NCBI GenBank assembly: GCA_963663275.1 | Contig: OY760183.1 | Location: 2,240,001-2,304,000 of the forward strand | Reading direction: 5' to 3' | Origin: Chloroflexota bacterium | Lineage (GTDB): Bacteria > Chloroflexota > UBA11872 > VXOZ01 | Length of the DNA stretch: 64,000 nt | Shown here: piece after piece, positions 18,662 to 27,905 of the stretch | How positions within the stretch are numbered: the first letter of the stretch is position 1 | Layout: every line of letters starts with the position of its first letter | Made by a program: the position numbers and the translations under genes | Notes under the pieces: generated by a model | Told to the model about the DNA's origin: nothing | Databases searched by the model: none | The model's input: the letters and a program-made list of their open reading frames with translations, nothing else

Positions 18662-19474
18662 ATGGCACAGATCATTGGCGCTGAACGCAGCCGCTTCAAA
18701 CGCTACTGGGAGCAGCAGGCTATCCAGTGCGCGGCGCATCACCGCTGGGCCGAGGCCGAGAAGATCAATCGCTCGATCGTAAAGCTCGACCCGCGGGACG
18801 TTGACGCGCACAATCGCCTTGGCAAGGCGCTCTGGGAGTTGGGCTTGCTGCAAGAGGCCCAGGAAAACTACCGCCGCGCGCTGGAACTCGACCCGTTCAA
18901 CGCGATTGCCAAGCGCAACCTCGCGCGGCTCGAGTCCTGGTTGGAAGCGCCGGTGGACGTTGACGCCGCCAACGACGTGCAGCACGTTCCGGCGGACATC
19001 TTCATTGCCGAGCCCGGCAAGACGAAGATCGTCAAGGCGCTGCCCGTGCCGGGCACGCGCAGCCAGGCGCTGCCGTTGGCCGGCGACCCGCTGCAATTGC
19101 AACAGCGCGGCGGCGTTATGCGCGTGCTGAGCCGCAGCGGTCAAGCCTTGGGGCAACTGACCGCTTCGCTATCGCAACGTCTGATCTACTTGATGGACTC
19201 CGGCAATCGCTACGCCGCCGCGGTGGTGGGCATTCAGGGCCGGGACCTCTACGTTGTCATCAAAGAAACCTTCCAGCATCCCAGCCAGGCGGGCCAGCAC
19301 TCGTTCCCCGGCCAGAGCGGCAGCCAGTTGGATAGCGAGGAGTATTGGCAGGAGGTCACGCAGGCCGCTGAGGGCGAGCCCGCCGAAGAAACCGGCGACG
19401 CCTATGCGTGGGCCGATCTGGAAGGTGAAGAGATCGACCAGGAGGGCGTGATGGCGATGGAAGACGACTTCTAG
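18662..19474 (+). CDS. TPR-repeat protein with HIRAN-like C-terminal domain and acidic tail
   Basis: TPR: DVDAHNRLGKALWELG...AQENYRRALELDPFN; C-terminal LGQL...LSQRLIYLMDSGNRYAAAV; D/E-rich tail. Confidence 0.8.
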   Translation: MAQIIGAERSRFKRYWEQQAIQCAAHHRWAEAEKINRSIVKLDPRDVDAHNRLGKALWELGLLQEAQENYRRALELDPFNAIAKRNLARLESWLEAPVDVDAANDVQHVPADIFIAEPGKTKIVKALPVPGTRSQALPLAGDPLQLQQRGGVMRVLSRSGQALGQLTASLSQRLIYLMDSGNRYAAAVVGIQGRDLYVVIKETFQHPSQAGQHSFPGQSGSQLDSEEYWQEVTQAAEGEPAEETGDAYAWADLEGEEIDQEGVMAMEDDF

Positions 19475-19515
19475 CGGATCGAGCGCAGATTGATGCGGTG
19501 GTCTAGGTTAACGCG

Positions 19516-21339
19516 ATGATGAAAGCGGGTCGGGTGGGGAGAGCGCTGGCTCTCTGCGTGTTGCTGACCGCATTCGGCCTCGGCTGCGGCGAAACGCCGC
19601 CGGACGCAACCTCGTCCGCCGCGCCAGCGGCGGAGCAAAGCCGAGCCGACGACCGCATCGAGCACATCTCTCGTGACGCCATTCTCATAATCCGCCGTCT
19701 CAACGTCAACAACCTGGCGTACCTGCAAGACTCCTTGCCCACCCGGAAGTACCGGCGGGCGCTCGAATTTCTCATCCCTGAGATTCAGCACCTGGCGCAG
19801 CAGGTGGTAGACGTCAATGCCGCTCAAACCGTGCCCGGAGCGGCCGGGCTGCTGGCGGCAGTCGATCCTCTGGCGCGAGCCGCCGGCGAATTTCGCCGCT
19901 ACCTCGACACCAACCAGCAAGATGCCCTGGCCGCGGCATACTCCCAGCTTAGCCTCGCGGAAACCGAGTTCGATTCTTTCCTCGCCAATACCGCTCTGAC
20001 GGACGGCCCCGCGCTGCGCGAACTCTTCTTCCAGGCCGGGCGGCTGCAAATCGCGGCCGAGCCAATCGCCGTCTCGCGCGTTGCCCTGGGACCGTTTGCC
20101 AGTGTTGAAGAAGCCCAGCGCGTGCAAGAAGAGGCGGCCGCGTATCGCGCCGCGCTCAGCCGGGACAACCCGCCGCTGGTTCTACTGGGACCCTTCATCT
20201 CTGCCGCCGAGGCGAGAGCGGTGGCGGCGCAATGGCGTGAGCGCAACATCGAGGCCGCCATCCGTGAGGATACGGTCTACGACTTTCGCGTCACAGAAGT
20301 GTCGCCTATTCTGGGCCGCACCTGGTTGGAACCGGTCTGGGCGCGCGTCTTGGAGCAGCCGGCCCACGTCATCGCGTTGTCGCCGGAAGGCGGCGCCGTG
20401 CTCGGCAGCGACACCAGCGGCGTGATCCAACGCTGGACCGGAGAGGGGGAGCGCGAGTGGCTCCGCAGCCTCTCTCTGCCGACGTACGACCTTGCGGTAG
20501 CGCGAGCCGGCGAGGCGATCTTCGCCGTGGGCATTGGCGCGCAGGCGCTCGCTCAGGACGGCACCCCACGTTGGAGCGAACCGCTGGCTGAACATGCGGT
20601 AATTCTTGAGAACGCCGCCATTAGCAGCGACGGTCGGACGATGGTCGCCTCCACTTCGAACGCGGAGGGGTTGGGCCGGGCCTTTGGATTCGATGTATCC
20701 AAGCTGGTCTGGTTTACGTCGCTTGAATACCAGGCCTTGCCGGGCCTCAACAGTTTTCATCTCTCGCCGGACGGCGATCGGGTTGCGTTGGGAGGGATTG
20801 GCGAGGGCCGCTTTCAGGTGATGGTGGTCAACGAACGCGGCGAGAAGATGATGGGCTCGGACTTCAGCGAGCCCGTGGTTGACGTTGCGCTCGCCGGCCT
20901 CAACCGCAAGGTAGTCGCCCTTACCGAACGGCACGTCAGCCTCTTCGACATTGAAAGCCAGGAACTTGAGTGGCATACGCCCGCCCGCGGCCGCGCCCTG
21001 GCGGTATCCCAACCCGGCGACATCATCTACGTCGGCGGCGTGCACGGCATCGCGGCGTACTATCAGGACGGTTGTCAACTGTGGGTGCAGGATGCCATGC
21101 CGGTATCGCAGATCGTAGCCAATCGAGACTACCTGGTCGGCCTCTCGGAGAATATCCGGCTGGTCGTGCTCCGCTTCGACGGCAGCATCCTGGGTACGGT
21201 AAGCCCGCTGGCGCCAATTCGCGACTTTGCCGTGGCAACCGAGGGCAACCTGCTGGTGGCGCTCGATGAAGAGAGCGGCCTGACCGCCTGGCGCCTGCCG
21301 CCGCCCGACATCGTCGAGACGCCTTATCCGTGCGGTTAG
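19516..21339 (+). CDS. Putative lipoprotein with SPOR-like repeats and WD40/PQQ-like beta-propeller
   Basis: Signal peptide with lipobox-like FGLGC; RVALGPFASVEEA and LVLLGPFISAAEA; repeated blades (ALSPEG, AISSDG, LSPDG, AVSQPG, W at blade ends). Confidence 0.7.
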   Translation: MMKAGRVGRALALCVLLTAFGLGCGETPPDATSSAAPAAEQSRADDRIEHISRDAILIIRRLNVNNLAYLQDSLPTRKYRRALEFLIPEIQHLAQQVVDVNAAQTVPGAAGLLAAVDPLARAAGEFRRYLDTNQQDALAAAYSQLSLAETEFDSFLANTALTDGPALRELFFQAGRLQIAAEPIAVSRVALGPFASVEEAQRVQEEAAAYRAALSRDNPPLVLLGPFISAAEARAVAAQWRERNIEAAIREDTVYDFRVTEVSPILGRTWLEPVWARVLEQPAHVIALSPEGGAVLGSDTSGVIQRWTGEGEREWLRSLSLPTYDLAVARAGEAIFAVGIGAQALAQDGTPRWSEPLAEHAVILENAAISSDGRTMVASTSNAEGLGRAFGFDVSKLVWFTSLEYQALPGLNSFHLSPDGDRVALGGIGEGRFQVMVVNERGEKMMGSDFSEPVVDVALAGLNRKVVALTERHVSLFDIESQELEWHTPARGRALAVSQPGDIIYVGGVHGIAAYYQDGCQLWVQDAMPVSQIVANRDYLVGLSENIRLVVLRFDGSILGTVSPLAPIRDFAVATEGNLLVALDEESGLTAWRLPPPDIVETPYPCG

Positions 21340-21379
21340 GATTGGCGCTCCGCGCCTGCCCGCCGCCGCCGCAGTCCGT

Positions 21380-22126
21380 TCAGCCCGGCGTCCGGTAGCG
21401 CGCCGCGATGAACAGGCCCTCTATCTTCTCAACCGTCAGGTTCTCCGCGAATGGCTCCAGCACGCTCGTGAGGCCGTCCACGCCGTAGTAGACCTTGAGG
21501 GCGGGATGCAGCGAACCGTCGCGCAGGGGGCGCTGCTGGACTTCGGTCTCCACGCCGTCCAGCGACGGCAGGCTGGAGTCGATGATAAGCACCTCCTCGC
21601 CGGGGCGCACCGTCTGACCCACCGCGGCCAGCAGCGGGCCGACGTCTTCATGGGGCACGTGGCTGAAGAAGAAACCCATGAGGCAGCCGTCCACAGCCCT
21701 TTCCGCGAACGGAAGCGCATAGGCGCTGGCGCGCACCAGCGCCGCGTCCACGTCGTTACGCGCCAGCCGCTCGCGGCACTGGGCCAACATGCGCGGGCCG
21801 TAATCGAAGGCGACTACCTCCCGGCCCGCCTGCGCGAGCAGCGACGTCCACCAGCCGATGCCGCAGGCAACTTCCAGGATTGGTCCCGCGCGGCGTTCGC
21901 CAAACGCGGCAACCTCCTCTTCAAGGCGGCGCAAGCCATCCAGAAACGGCGCGTTCGTTTCCGGCCGGTCGTAGAGCCCGGTGCGCAGGAACCAGTCCAC
22001 GTACTCGCTGGCGCGCTCGTCGTAGTAGACCTGCATCGACTGCTTGAGGGTTTCGTCGTCGAGGTCTTGTTCCCAGGCTGGATAGTCGAAGCCTGTGCTC
22101 TTTCCTGTTTCTGGCTGTTCAGACAT
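21380..22126 (-). CDS. Class I SAM-dependent methyltransferase
   Basis: YYDERASEY, ILEVACGIGWWT, FFFSHVP. Confidence 0.87.
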   Translation of the reverse strand: MSEQPETGKSTGFDYPAWEQDLDDETLKQSMQVYYDERASEYVDWFLRTGLYDRPETNAPFLDGLRRLEEEVAAFGERRAGPILEVACGIGWWTSLLAQAGREVVAFDYGPRMLAQCRERLARNDVDAALVRASAYALPFAERAVDGCLMGFFFSHVPHEDVGPLLAAVGQTVRPGEEVLIIDSSLPSLDGVETEVQQRPLRDGSLHPALKVYYGVDGLTSVLEPFAENLTVEKIEGLFIAARYRTPG

Positions 22127-22820
22127 GGGGCAGTGGATTTTCGGCTAGTTCGGTTTCCGCTTCGGAGAGGTCCTTGGCCGTGTCGATCGCCCGCCAATAC
22201 GCGGTGGACTTATGCGCGCCCAGCGTGCCTTCACGGGCAAGCCGCGGAAACGTGCTGCGTTCGTGATCGCCTCGATCCGGCAGGAGCGCGCGAACACTCG
22301 GCGAGAGGGCGTAGATGCCGGCGCTCAGCCAGTAGGGCAGCAGCGGCTTTTCGCGGAAGGCCGTCACCTTGCGCGCATCATTCGACTCGACAATGCCGTA
22401 CGGACTCTGCAACTGGGTAAGCGCGATGGTGGCGAGATTCTCGTCCGCTCGATGGGCGTCCACCATGGGCGCGATGTCCACGCCGGTGAGCGTGTCGCCG
22501 TTCGCGGCGAGAATGAGAGGCTCTGCCGGATCCGCGTAACCCAGGGCGAGTTTCAGGCCGCCGCCGGTGCCGAGCTTTTCACGCTCGATCGCGTAGGCGA
22601 TGGAGACGCCGTAGCGCGCGCCGTCGCCGAACCAGTCCTGGATGACGTCGTGCCGGTAGCCGCAGGAAATGATGAAGCGGTCTACGCCGCTGGCGCGCAG
22701 CCAGGCAAGCTGGTACGCCAGAATCGGCGCGCCCGCTACCTGCACCATCGTCTTTGGGCGGTCCAGTGTGAACGGCCGCAGCCGCTCCCCTAGTCCCCCG
22801 GCGAGAATGATCGCCTGCAT
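22119..22820 (-). CDS. Sugar-phosphate nucleotidyltransferase family protein
   Basis: AIILAGGLGERLRPFT..RPK, LGTGG, NGD, FREKP, WRAIDT. Confidence 0.9.
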   Translation of the reverse strand: MQAIILAGGLGERLRPFTLDRPKTMVQVAGAPILAYQLAWLRASGVDRFIISCGYRHDVIQDWFGDGARYGVSIAYAIEREKLGTGGGLKLALGYADPAEPLILAANGDTLTGVDIAPMVDAHRADENLATIALTQLQSPYGIVESNDARKVTAFREKPLLPYWLSAGIYALSPSVRALLPDRGDHERSTFPRLAREGTLGAHKSTAYWRAIDTAKDLSEAETELAENPLPHV

Positions 22821-22963
22821 ACGTGTCCTTTGCGCTCTCTGCATCTATGCCCGATTGCCGGTACCAATTGTATAGTTAACCGGCGCGGCGGGCAAAAGGC
22901 GGCCTCTGGCCGAAAAAGCCATCTTCCCACTCTAGGCCGGACAACTCAACCTTCGCCTGGAGC

Positions 22964-23422
22964 CTACGGCGAGAAGAGAGAGGTGCGTATCGAAAAGCCG
23001 GTGAACATACCCGGGCGCGTGACGTGTACCGTGATCTGGCGTTGGTCGCGGTCGGTGTACTCAACGTCGGCCGTGATGATGTACTCGTAGGTTGGCGACA
23101 CGGTGAAGGCGTCCAGCCACAGGGGTTCGTTGGCGCGGATGCGCACCCGGGTGACCGTGTAGCGCCGGATGGGGTAGTAGCGCACGTAGGTGGGCAGGGT
23201 ATTCCGCGTTTCGACGATCTCGATGTCCTGTTTGGGCAGGCCCTCGGCCTGGACCAGGATCGCATCCAGGATGTCCTGCGGCCGCTTGGTGACGACGGCG
23301 GTGTTGCGTTCGTCGATGCGCGGATCGTAGACGTGGTTGCGCGGCGCGGTCATGATCATGAGACCCAGGCCGATTATGCCCGAGACCGCGAGGACGAAGA
23401 GCCACGTGAGTTTCTGCTTCAT
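22964..23422 (-). CDS. Hypothetical membrane-anchored protein
   Basis: MKQKLTWLFVLAVSGIIGLGLMIM N-terminal TM; GC3-rich codon use. Confidence 0.7.
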   Translation of the reverse strand: MKQKLTWLFVLAVSGIIGLGLMIMTAPRNHVYDPRIDERNTAVVTKRPQDILDAILVQAEGLPKQDIEIVETRNTLPTYVRYYPIRRYTVTRVRIRANEPLWLDAFTVSPTYEYIITADVEYTDRDQRQITVHVTRPGMFTGFSIRTSLFSP

Positions 23423-23631
23423 TGTGCGTTGTGCCTTGCGACTGATTTGCTCGACGGCTCGCCGGCCGCGCCGCCCGCGACGCTTGCAACTCGGCCTCGG
23501 CGGGCGCGCATTCTGGCGAACCACGTACCCACAGTATATAATGCGAGGGAGGAATAGCAATCGCGCGGCTGGCGCGGACGGCGCGGAACGCGCGCAATCG
23601 GTAAGAATTCGACTGAACAGGAGAACACTTG

Positions 23632-24711
23632 GTGGCGTATACAATTACCCTCATTCCGGGCGACGGCGTTGGTCCAGAAATCACGGAAGCGACCTGCCGC
23701 GTGGTGGAGGCCCTGGGCCTCGACATAACGTGGGACGTCCAAGAGGCCGGCCTGCACGTCTTCGAGCAGACCGGCGAACTGCTGCCGCAGTCGGTGATCG
23801 ACTCCTTGCGCCGGAACAAGGTGGGCATCAAGGGGCCGATTACGACACCGGTGGGCACCGGTTTTCGCAGCCTCAACGTCACCTTGCGCAAGGAATTGAA
23901 GTGCTACGCCAATCTGCGGCCCTGCAAGAGCTATGCCGGTGTGCAGTCGCGTTTCGATGACATCGACATCGTGGTGGTGCGCGAAAACCTGGAGGACCTC
24001 TACGCCGGCATCGAGTTCGAGGAAGGCGCGGGCAACGCCCTGGAGCTTATCCACTTCATCCGCGCCAATCACGGCAGCAGCATTCCCATGGACTCCGGCA
24101 TCACGATCAAGCCGATCTCCGTAGAGGGTTCGCGCCGCATCGTCAAGTTCGCCTTCGAGTACGCGCGGGCGAATGGACGCAAAACCGTGACGGCGATCCA
24201 CAAGGCCAATATCCAGAAGCACTCGGACGGCCTCTTCCTGCGGGTGGCCCGCGAGGTCGCGGAAGACTATCCTGAAATCGAATTCTGGGACATGATCGTG
24301 GACGCGACCTGTATGCAACTCGTGCGCAGGCCGGAACAGTTCGACGTGATGGTCATGCCCAATCTGTACGGCGACATCTTGTCCGACCTCAGCGCCGGTC
24401 TGGTGGGCGGCCTGGGCGTGGCGCCGGGCGCGAATATCGGCGACCAGATGGCGCTTTTCGAGCCAATTCACGGCAGCGCGCCCAAGTACACGGGCCAGAA
24501 CAAGGTGAACCCCATGGCCCAGATGTTCTCCGCCGTGATGATGCTGCGCCACCTTGGCGAACGCGAGGCCGCGAACCGGATGGAAGGGGCGCTGGCGGAC
24601 GTGATCGCCGAGGGCAAGCACGTGACGTACGACATGAAGCCTGACCGCAACGACCCGACCGCGGCCGGCACGTCGGAAGTGGCCGACGCCCTCATCGAGC
24701 GGTTGCGCTAG
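23632..24711 (+). CDS. icd: Isocitrate/isopropylmalate dehydrogenase family (probable isocitrate dehydrogenase)
   Basis: IPGDGVGPE, KGPITTPVGTGFRSLNVTLRK, RENLEDLY, HKANI, NLYGDILSD, EPIHGSAP. Confidence 0.88.
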   Translation: MAYTITLIPGDGVGPEITEATCRVVEALGLDITWDVQEAGLHVFEQTGELLPQSVIDSLRRNKVGIKGPITTPVGTGFRSLNVTLRKELKCYANLRPCKSYAGVQSRFDDIDIVVVRENLEDLYAGIEFEEGAGNALELIHFIRANHGSSIPMDSGITIKPISVEGSRRIVKFAFEYARANGRKTVTAIHKANIQKHSDGLFLRVAREVAEDYPEIEFWDMIVDATCMQLVRRPEQFDVMVMPNLYGDILSDLSAGLVGGLGVAPGANIGDQMALFEPIHGSAPKYTGQNKVNPMAQMFSAVMMLRHLGEREAANRMEGALADVIAEGKHVTYDMKPDRNDPTAAGTSEVADALIERLR

Positions 24712-24971
24712 CGCTGTCGCTTGCCGCGACCGCCCCGAAGACGCGGATGGCTGCGCCGGGCAAGGCGTAACGACGGGCAACGAGCACGTGAGTGCGGGCC
24801 TGCTAGGTTGCCGCCAGTTGTGGGGATTGACTACGGCGCGATGGGATGGCATGGAGCTTTGGGTAAGCCGTTGCGGCGCGCATAGCCATGGCCGCTCTTG
24901 GAATCGACTATGTGCGGGCTAAGGACCTGTTTACTGTCTGCTTGGAAGGTGTTTGCAAAGCTGATGTGAAC

Positions 24972-25058
24972 CGTTCGTGCTGAGCCTGTCGAAGCATGAA
25001 CGGTCGTTCGCCAACGTGCGGCGGTTCCAAACACCCTTCGACAGGCTCAGGGCGAACG
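24972..25058. repeat. Inverted REP-like pair (CTTCGACAGGCTCAG family)
   Basis: CGTTCGTGCTGAGCCTGTCGAAG ... CTTCGACAGGCTCAGGGCGAACG, 21/23 complementary. Confidence 0.8.
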
Positions 25059-25122
25059 TTCCTCAATGCAGACAAGACGATCTTAAATGGGTTCTAAGGA
25101 GTTGAGCAGCGTGGACGAAAGC

Positions 25123-25452
25123 ATGAAACTCGTGGTCGCCATCGTCCAGGACGAGGACGCGGGCAACCTCGTTGACAGCTTGGTGCAGGCCGGCTTTGGC
25201 GCCACGCGCATCAATACGGCGGGCGGATTCCTGCGGCACGGCAACGCCACCGTGCTCGTGGGTGTGGCGGAAGAGCAGGTGAGCGAAGTGCTCGTGGTGG
25301 TCCGGCGCAATTGCACGACGCGCATGCAGTACGTCAATCCAATGCCGCCGGCCATGGAGCCGGGCGAGTTCTATATGCCCTACCCGGTCGAGGTGCAGGT
25401 GGGCGGCGCGGTCATCTTCGTGCTGGACGTCGAGCGGTTCGAGCGATTCTAG
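25123..25452 (+). CDS. darA: PII-like cyclic-di-AMP receptor (DarA/PstA, YaaQ)
   Basis: MKLVVAIVQDED...TAGGFLRHGNATVLVG...VEVQVGGAVIFVLDVERF; 109 aa. Confidence 0.93.
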   Translation: MKLVVAIVQDEDAGNLVDSLVQAGFGATRINTAGGFLRHGNATVLVGVAEEQVSEVLVVVRRNCTTRMQYVNPMPPAMEPGEFYMPYPVEVQVGGAVIFVLDVERFERF

Positions 25453-25623
25453 CGAATAACTCTCCTGCTACTTTCCTTGCCGAGACATCCCGTTGAAGCT
25501 TTGCGCGATTCTGTGCGCTGCTGCACGCAACAGGCTATACACGGCGTCGACGCCGCTACCGGCGGCCAGTTACGTTGCGGTGAGGGTTTTTGAAGTCTCT
25601 GCGGCGCGTCGGATTCACGTCTA

Positions 25624-27072
25624 ATGCCACCACCTGCGGGCAACCTCTCACCACGGACGGATGATCGGAAAGTCGTTGCTTCCCGCTTGCGTCGCATCGT
25701 CGCGGCGCTGGCGGCCAGGGTGGCGGGGGCCTTCACCCGCCGTCTGCGGCGGGGCGGCGGCACGGCCCTTCCCGGTCTGGTGGCCGAGCGGGTTGCGCCG
25801 GACTTGCTTGGCTACCTCTTGAGCCAAGTGCCCGGCGGCGCCATCTTCGTTACCGGCACCAACGGCAAGACGACCACGGCCGCCCTGCTGCGCAACGCCC
25901 TCGCCGCGGACGGGCGTTCGGTTTTACATAACGCCACGGGATCAAACCTGACGCGCGGCGTCCTGAGCATGCTGCTGGAGCGCGCGAACTGGCATGGCCG
26001 GCTGCGTCTCCCGCCGGAGAGCATCGGCGTCCTGGAACTGGACGAGGCCGCCATCGTCCAGGCGCTGCGGCAACACCAGCCGTCCTGCATCGTGGTGACC
26101 AACCTGTTTCGCGATCAGCTTGACCGCTATGGCGAGGTGCAGACGATCGCCGCGGGTTTGCGGGCCGCGTTTGCCGAACTTGGCCCCGCAACGGCGCTGC
26201 TGCTCAATGGGGATGATCCGTTGGTGGCAAGCCTCGGCGAGGGCTTTGGCGGCCCGGTGCGCTACTTCGGCCTGGAAGATCCGGGCTTGACGGGCGAGGG
26301 CGTCGAGTTGGCGGCGGACTCCCACTACTGTCCGCACGACGCCTCGCCCTTGGCGTATGCGGGCGCGTACTACGGACACTTGGGCGCGTATGCCTGCACG
26401 GCGTGCGGCTGGCGGCGGCCTGAGCGTGACGCGCGCGCGGAGAACGTCGTTCTGCGCGGCTTGACTGGGGCGAAATTCACCGCCGCGCTGCCGGATGGAG
26501 ACCTGCGCCTCAACCTGCGCGTGCCGGGCCTCTATAACGTCTACAACGCGCTCGCCGCAGTGACGGCGGCGCGGCACGTGGGCGCTGCCCGGGGCGCGAT
26601 TGCCCGGGGGCTTCGCGCCACCATTCCCGCCTTTGGACGCGCCGAGCGCATCGAGGCCGGCGGGCGTCAGGCGTGGCTGCTTCTCATCAAGAATCCCGTC
26701 GGCGCGAATCAGGTGCTGCGCCTTCTGACCGCTGAAGAAGAGCCGGTGCACGTGCTGGCGCTGCTCCAGGACCGCGCGGCGGACGGGCATGACGTTTCCT
26801 GGATTTGGGACGTGGATTTCGAGCGCCTGGCGTCGGCGGCGCTCACAGCCGGCGGCCGCCGCGCGGAGGACATGGCGGTGCGCTTGAAATACGCCGGCGC
26901 GGACTCCGTTGCCGTGCTGCGCGATATAGCCAGTGCGTTCGACCACGCGCTCGCCGCCGTGCCCGCCGGCGGCACGCTCTTCATTCTGGCCACGTACACC
27001 GGCATGATTGCCATGCGCCGGGTGTGGGAAGAGCGCGGGATCGTGCGTCCTTATTGGGAGACACAGGCATGA
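25624..27072 (+). CDS. murT: Lipid II isoglutaminyl synthase subunit MurT (Mur ligase + DUF1727)
   Basis: GGGTALPG, TGTNGKTTT, DEA, NLFRDQLDRYGE, zinc-ribbon-like segment, ADGHDVSWIWDVDFE; overlaps gatD. Start uncertain. Confidence 0.9.
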   Translation: MPPPAGNLSPRTDDRKVVASRLRRIVAALAARVAGAFTRRLRRGGGTALPGLVAERVAPDLLGYLLSQVPGGAIFVTGTNGKTTTAALLRNALAADGRSVLHNATGSNLTRGVLSMLLERANWHGRLRLPPESIGVLELDEAAIVQALRQHQPSCIVVTNLFRDQLDRYGEVQTIAAGLRAAFAELGPATALLLNGDDPLVASLGEGFGGPVRYFGLEDPGLTGEGVELAADSHYCPHDASPLAYAGAYYGHLGAYACTACGWRRPERDARAENVVLRGLTGAKFTAALPDGDLRLNLRVPGLYNVYNALAAVTAARHVGAARGAIARGLRATIPAFGRAERIEAGGRQAWLLLIKNPVGANQVLRLLTAEEEPVHVLALLQDRAADGHDVSWIWDVDFERLASAALTAGGRRAEDMAVRLKYAGADSVAVLRDIASAFDHALAAVPAGGTLFILATYTGMIAMRRVWEERGIVRPYWETQA

Positions 27073-27797
27073 AACTGGTGATCGGGCATCTCTATCCGCG
27101 CCTGATGAACATGTACGCGGATCGCGGCAACGTGATCTGCCTGGAGCGGCGCTGCAAGTGGCGCGGCATCGCGGTGGAGGTGCGGAGCGTTGGCCCGGGA
27201 CCTCTGGACAAGGCCGGTGAACTCGATCTGCTGCTGGTCGGCGGCGGGCAAGACCGCGAGCAGTGGCTGGCTTCACAGGACCTGGTGGAGACGAAAGGCC
27301 CGGCGCTGCGCGACGCGATTGACGACGGCCTGGTGGCGCTCGCAGTGTGCGGCGGGTACCAACTCTTTGGCGAGTACTATCGCGACGCCGCCGGCGGCGA
27401 ACTGCGCGGCATCGCGGCGCTGCCGGCCTATACGCTGCATCCCGGCGAGGGCAGCGAACGCTGCATTGGCAACATCGTTACCGAATGGCAGGGCAGGAAA
27501 CTCGTCGGGTTCGAGAACCACGGCGGCCGGACGTATCTCCACGAACCGGCGGCCGCGCTCGCGACCGTGGTGAAGGGGTTTGGCAATAACGGCTCGGACC
27601 GCACGGAAGGCGCGCGGTGGCGCAACGTGTACGGCACGTATCTCCACGGCTCGCTGCTGCCCAAGAACCCGGCCTTTGCGGACCATCTGATCCTGCAAGC
27701 CCTGCAACGGCGCTACGGTACCGCCGCATTGCCGCAGCTGGACGACGCGTTGGAAGCGAGCGCGCATGAACGGGCGCTGGACATCACGGGCGGCTAG
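27069..27797 (+). CDS. gatD: Lipid II isoglutaminyl synthase glutaminase subunit GatD (CobQ-like)
   Basis: HLYP.LMN.Y.DRGN, GGGQD, VCGGYQ, GFENH, YLHGSLLPKNP; ATGA coupling with murT. Confidence 0.92.
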   Translation: MKLVIGHLYPRLMNMYADRGNVICLERRCKWRGIAVEVRSVGPGPLDKAGELDLLLVGGGQDREQWLASQDLVETKGPALRDAIDDGLVALAVCGGYQLFGEYYRDAAGGELRGIAALPAYTLHPGEGSERCIGNIVTEWQGRKLVGFENHGGRTYLHEPAAALATVVKGFGNNGSDRTEGARWRNVYGTYLHGSLLPKNPAFADHLILQALQRRYGTAALPQLDDALEASAHERALDITGG

Positions 27798-27905
27798 GGG
27801 CGCTTGCGGCTGTTCGCGAGCGTAGCCTGTGCTACACTGCCACACGTGAGCGGCCGCAAGTTCGACGTTCTAACTTGACGTAATAACACTGGAAACGTAC
27901 GGGAG

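Noticed and set aside
23419-24852. Long antisense ORFs (e.g. 477 aa opposite icd, 373 aa opposite murC, 444 aa opposite murT)
   Set aside because: Shadow ORFs of GC3-biased real genes with no recognisable motifs.
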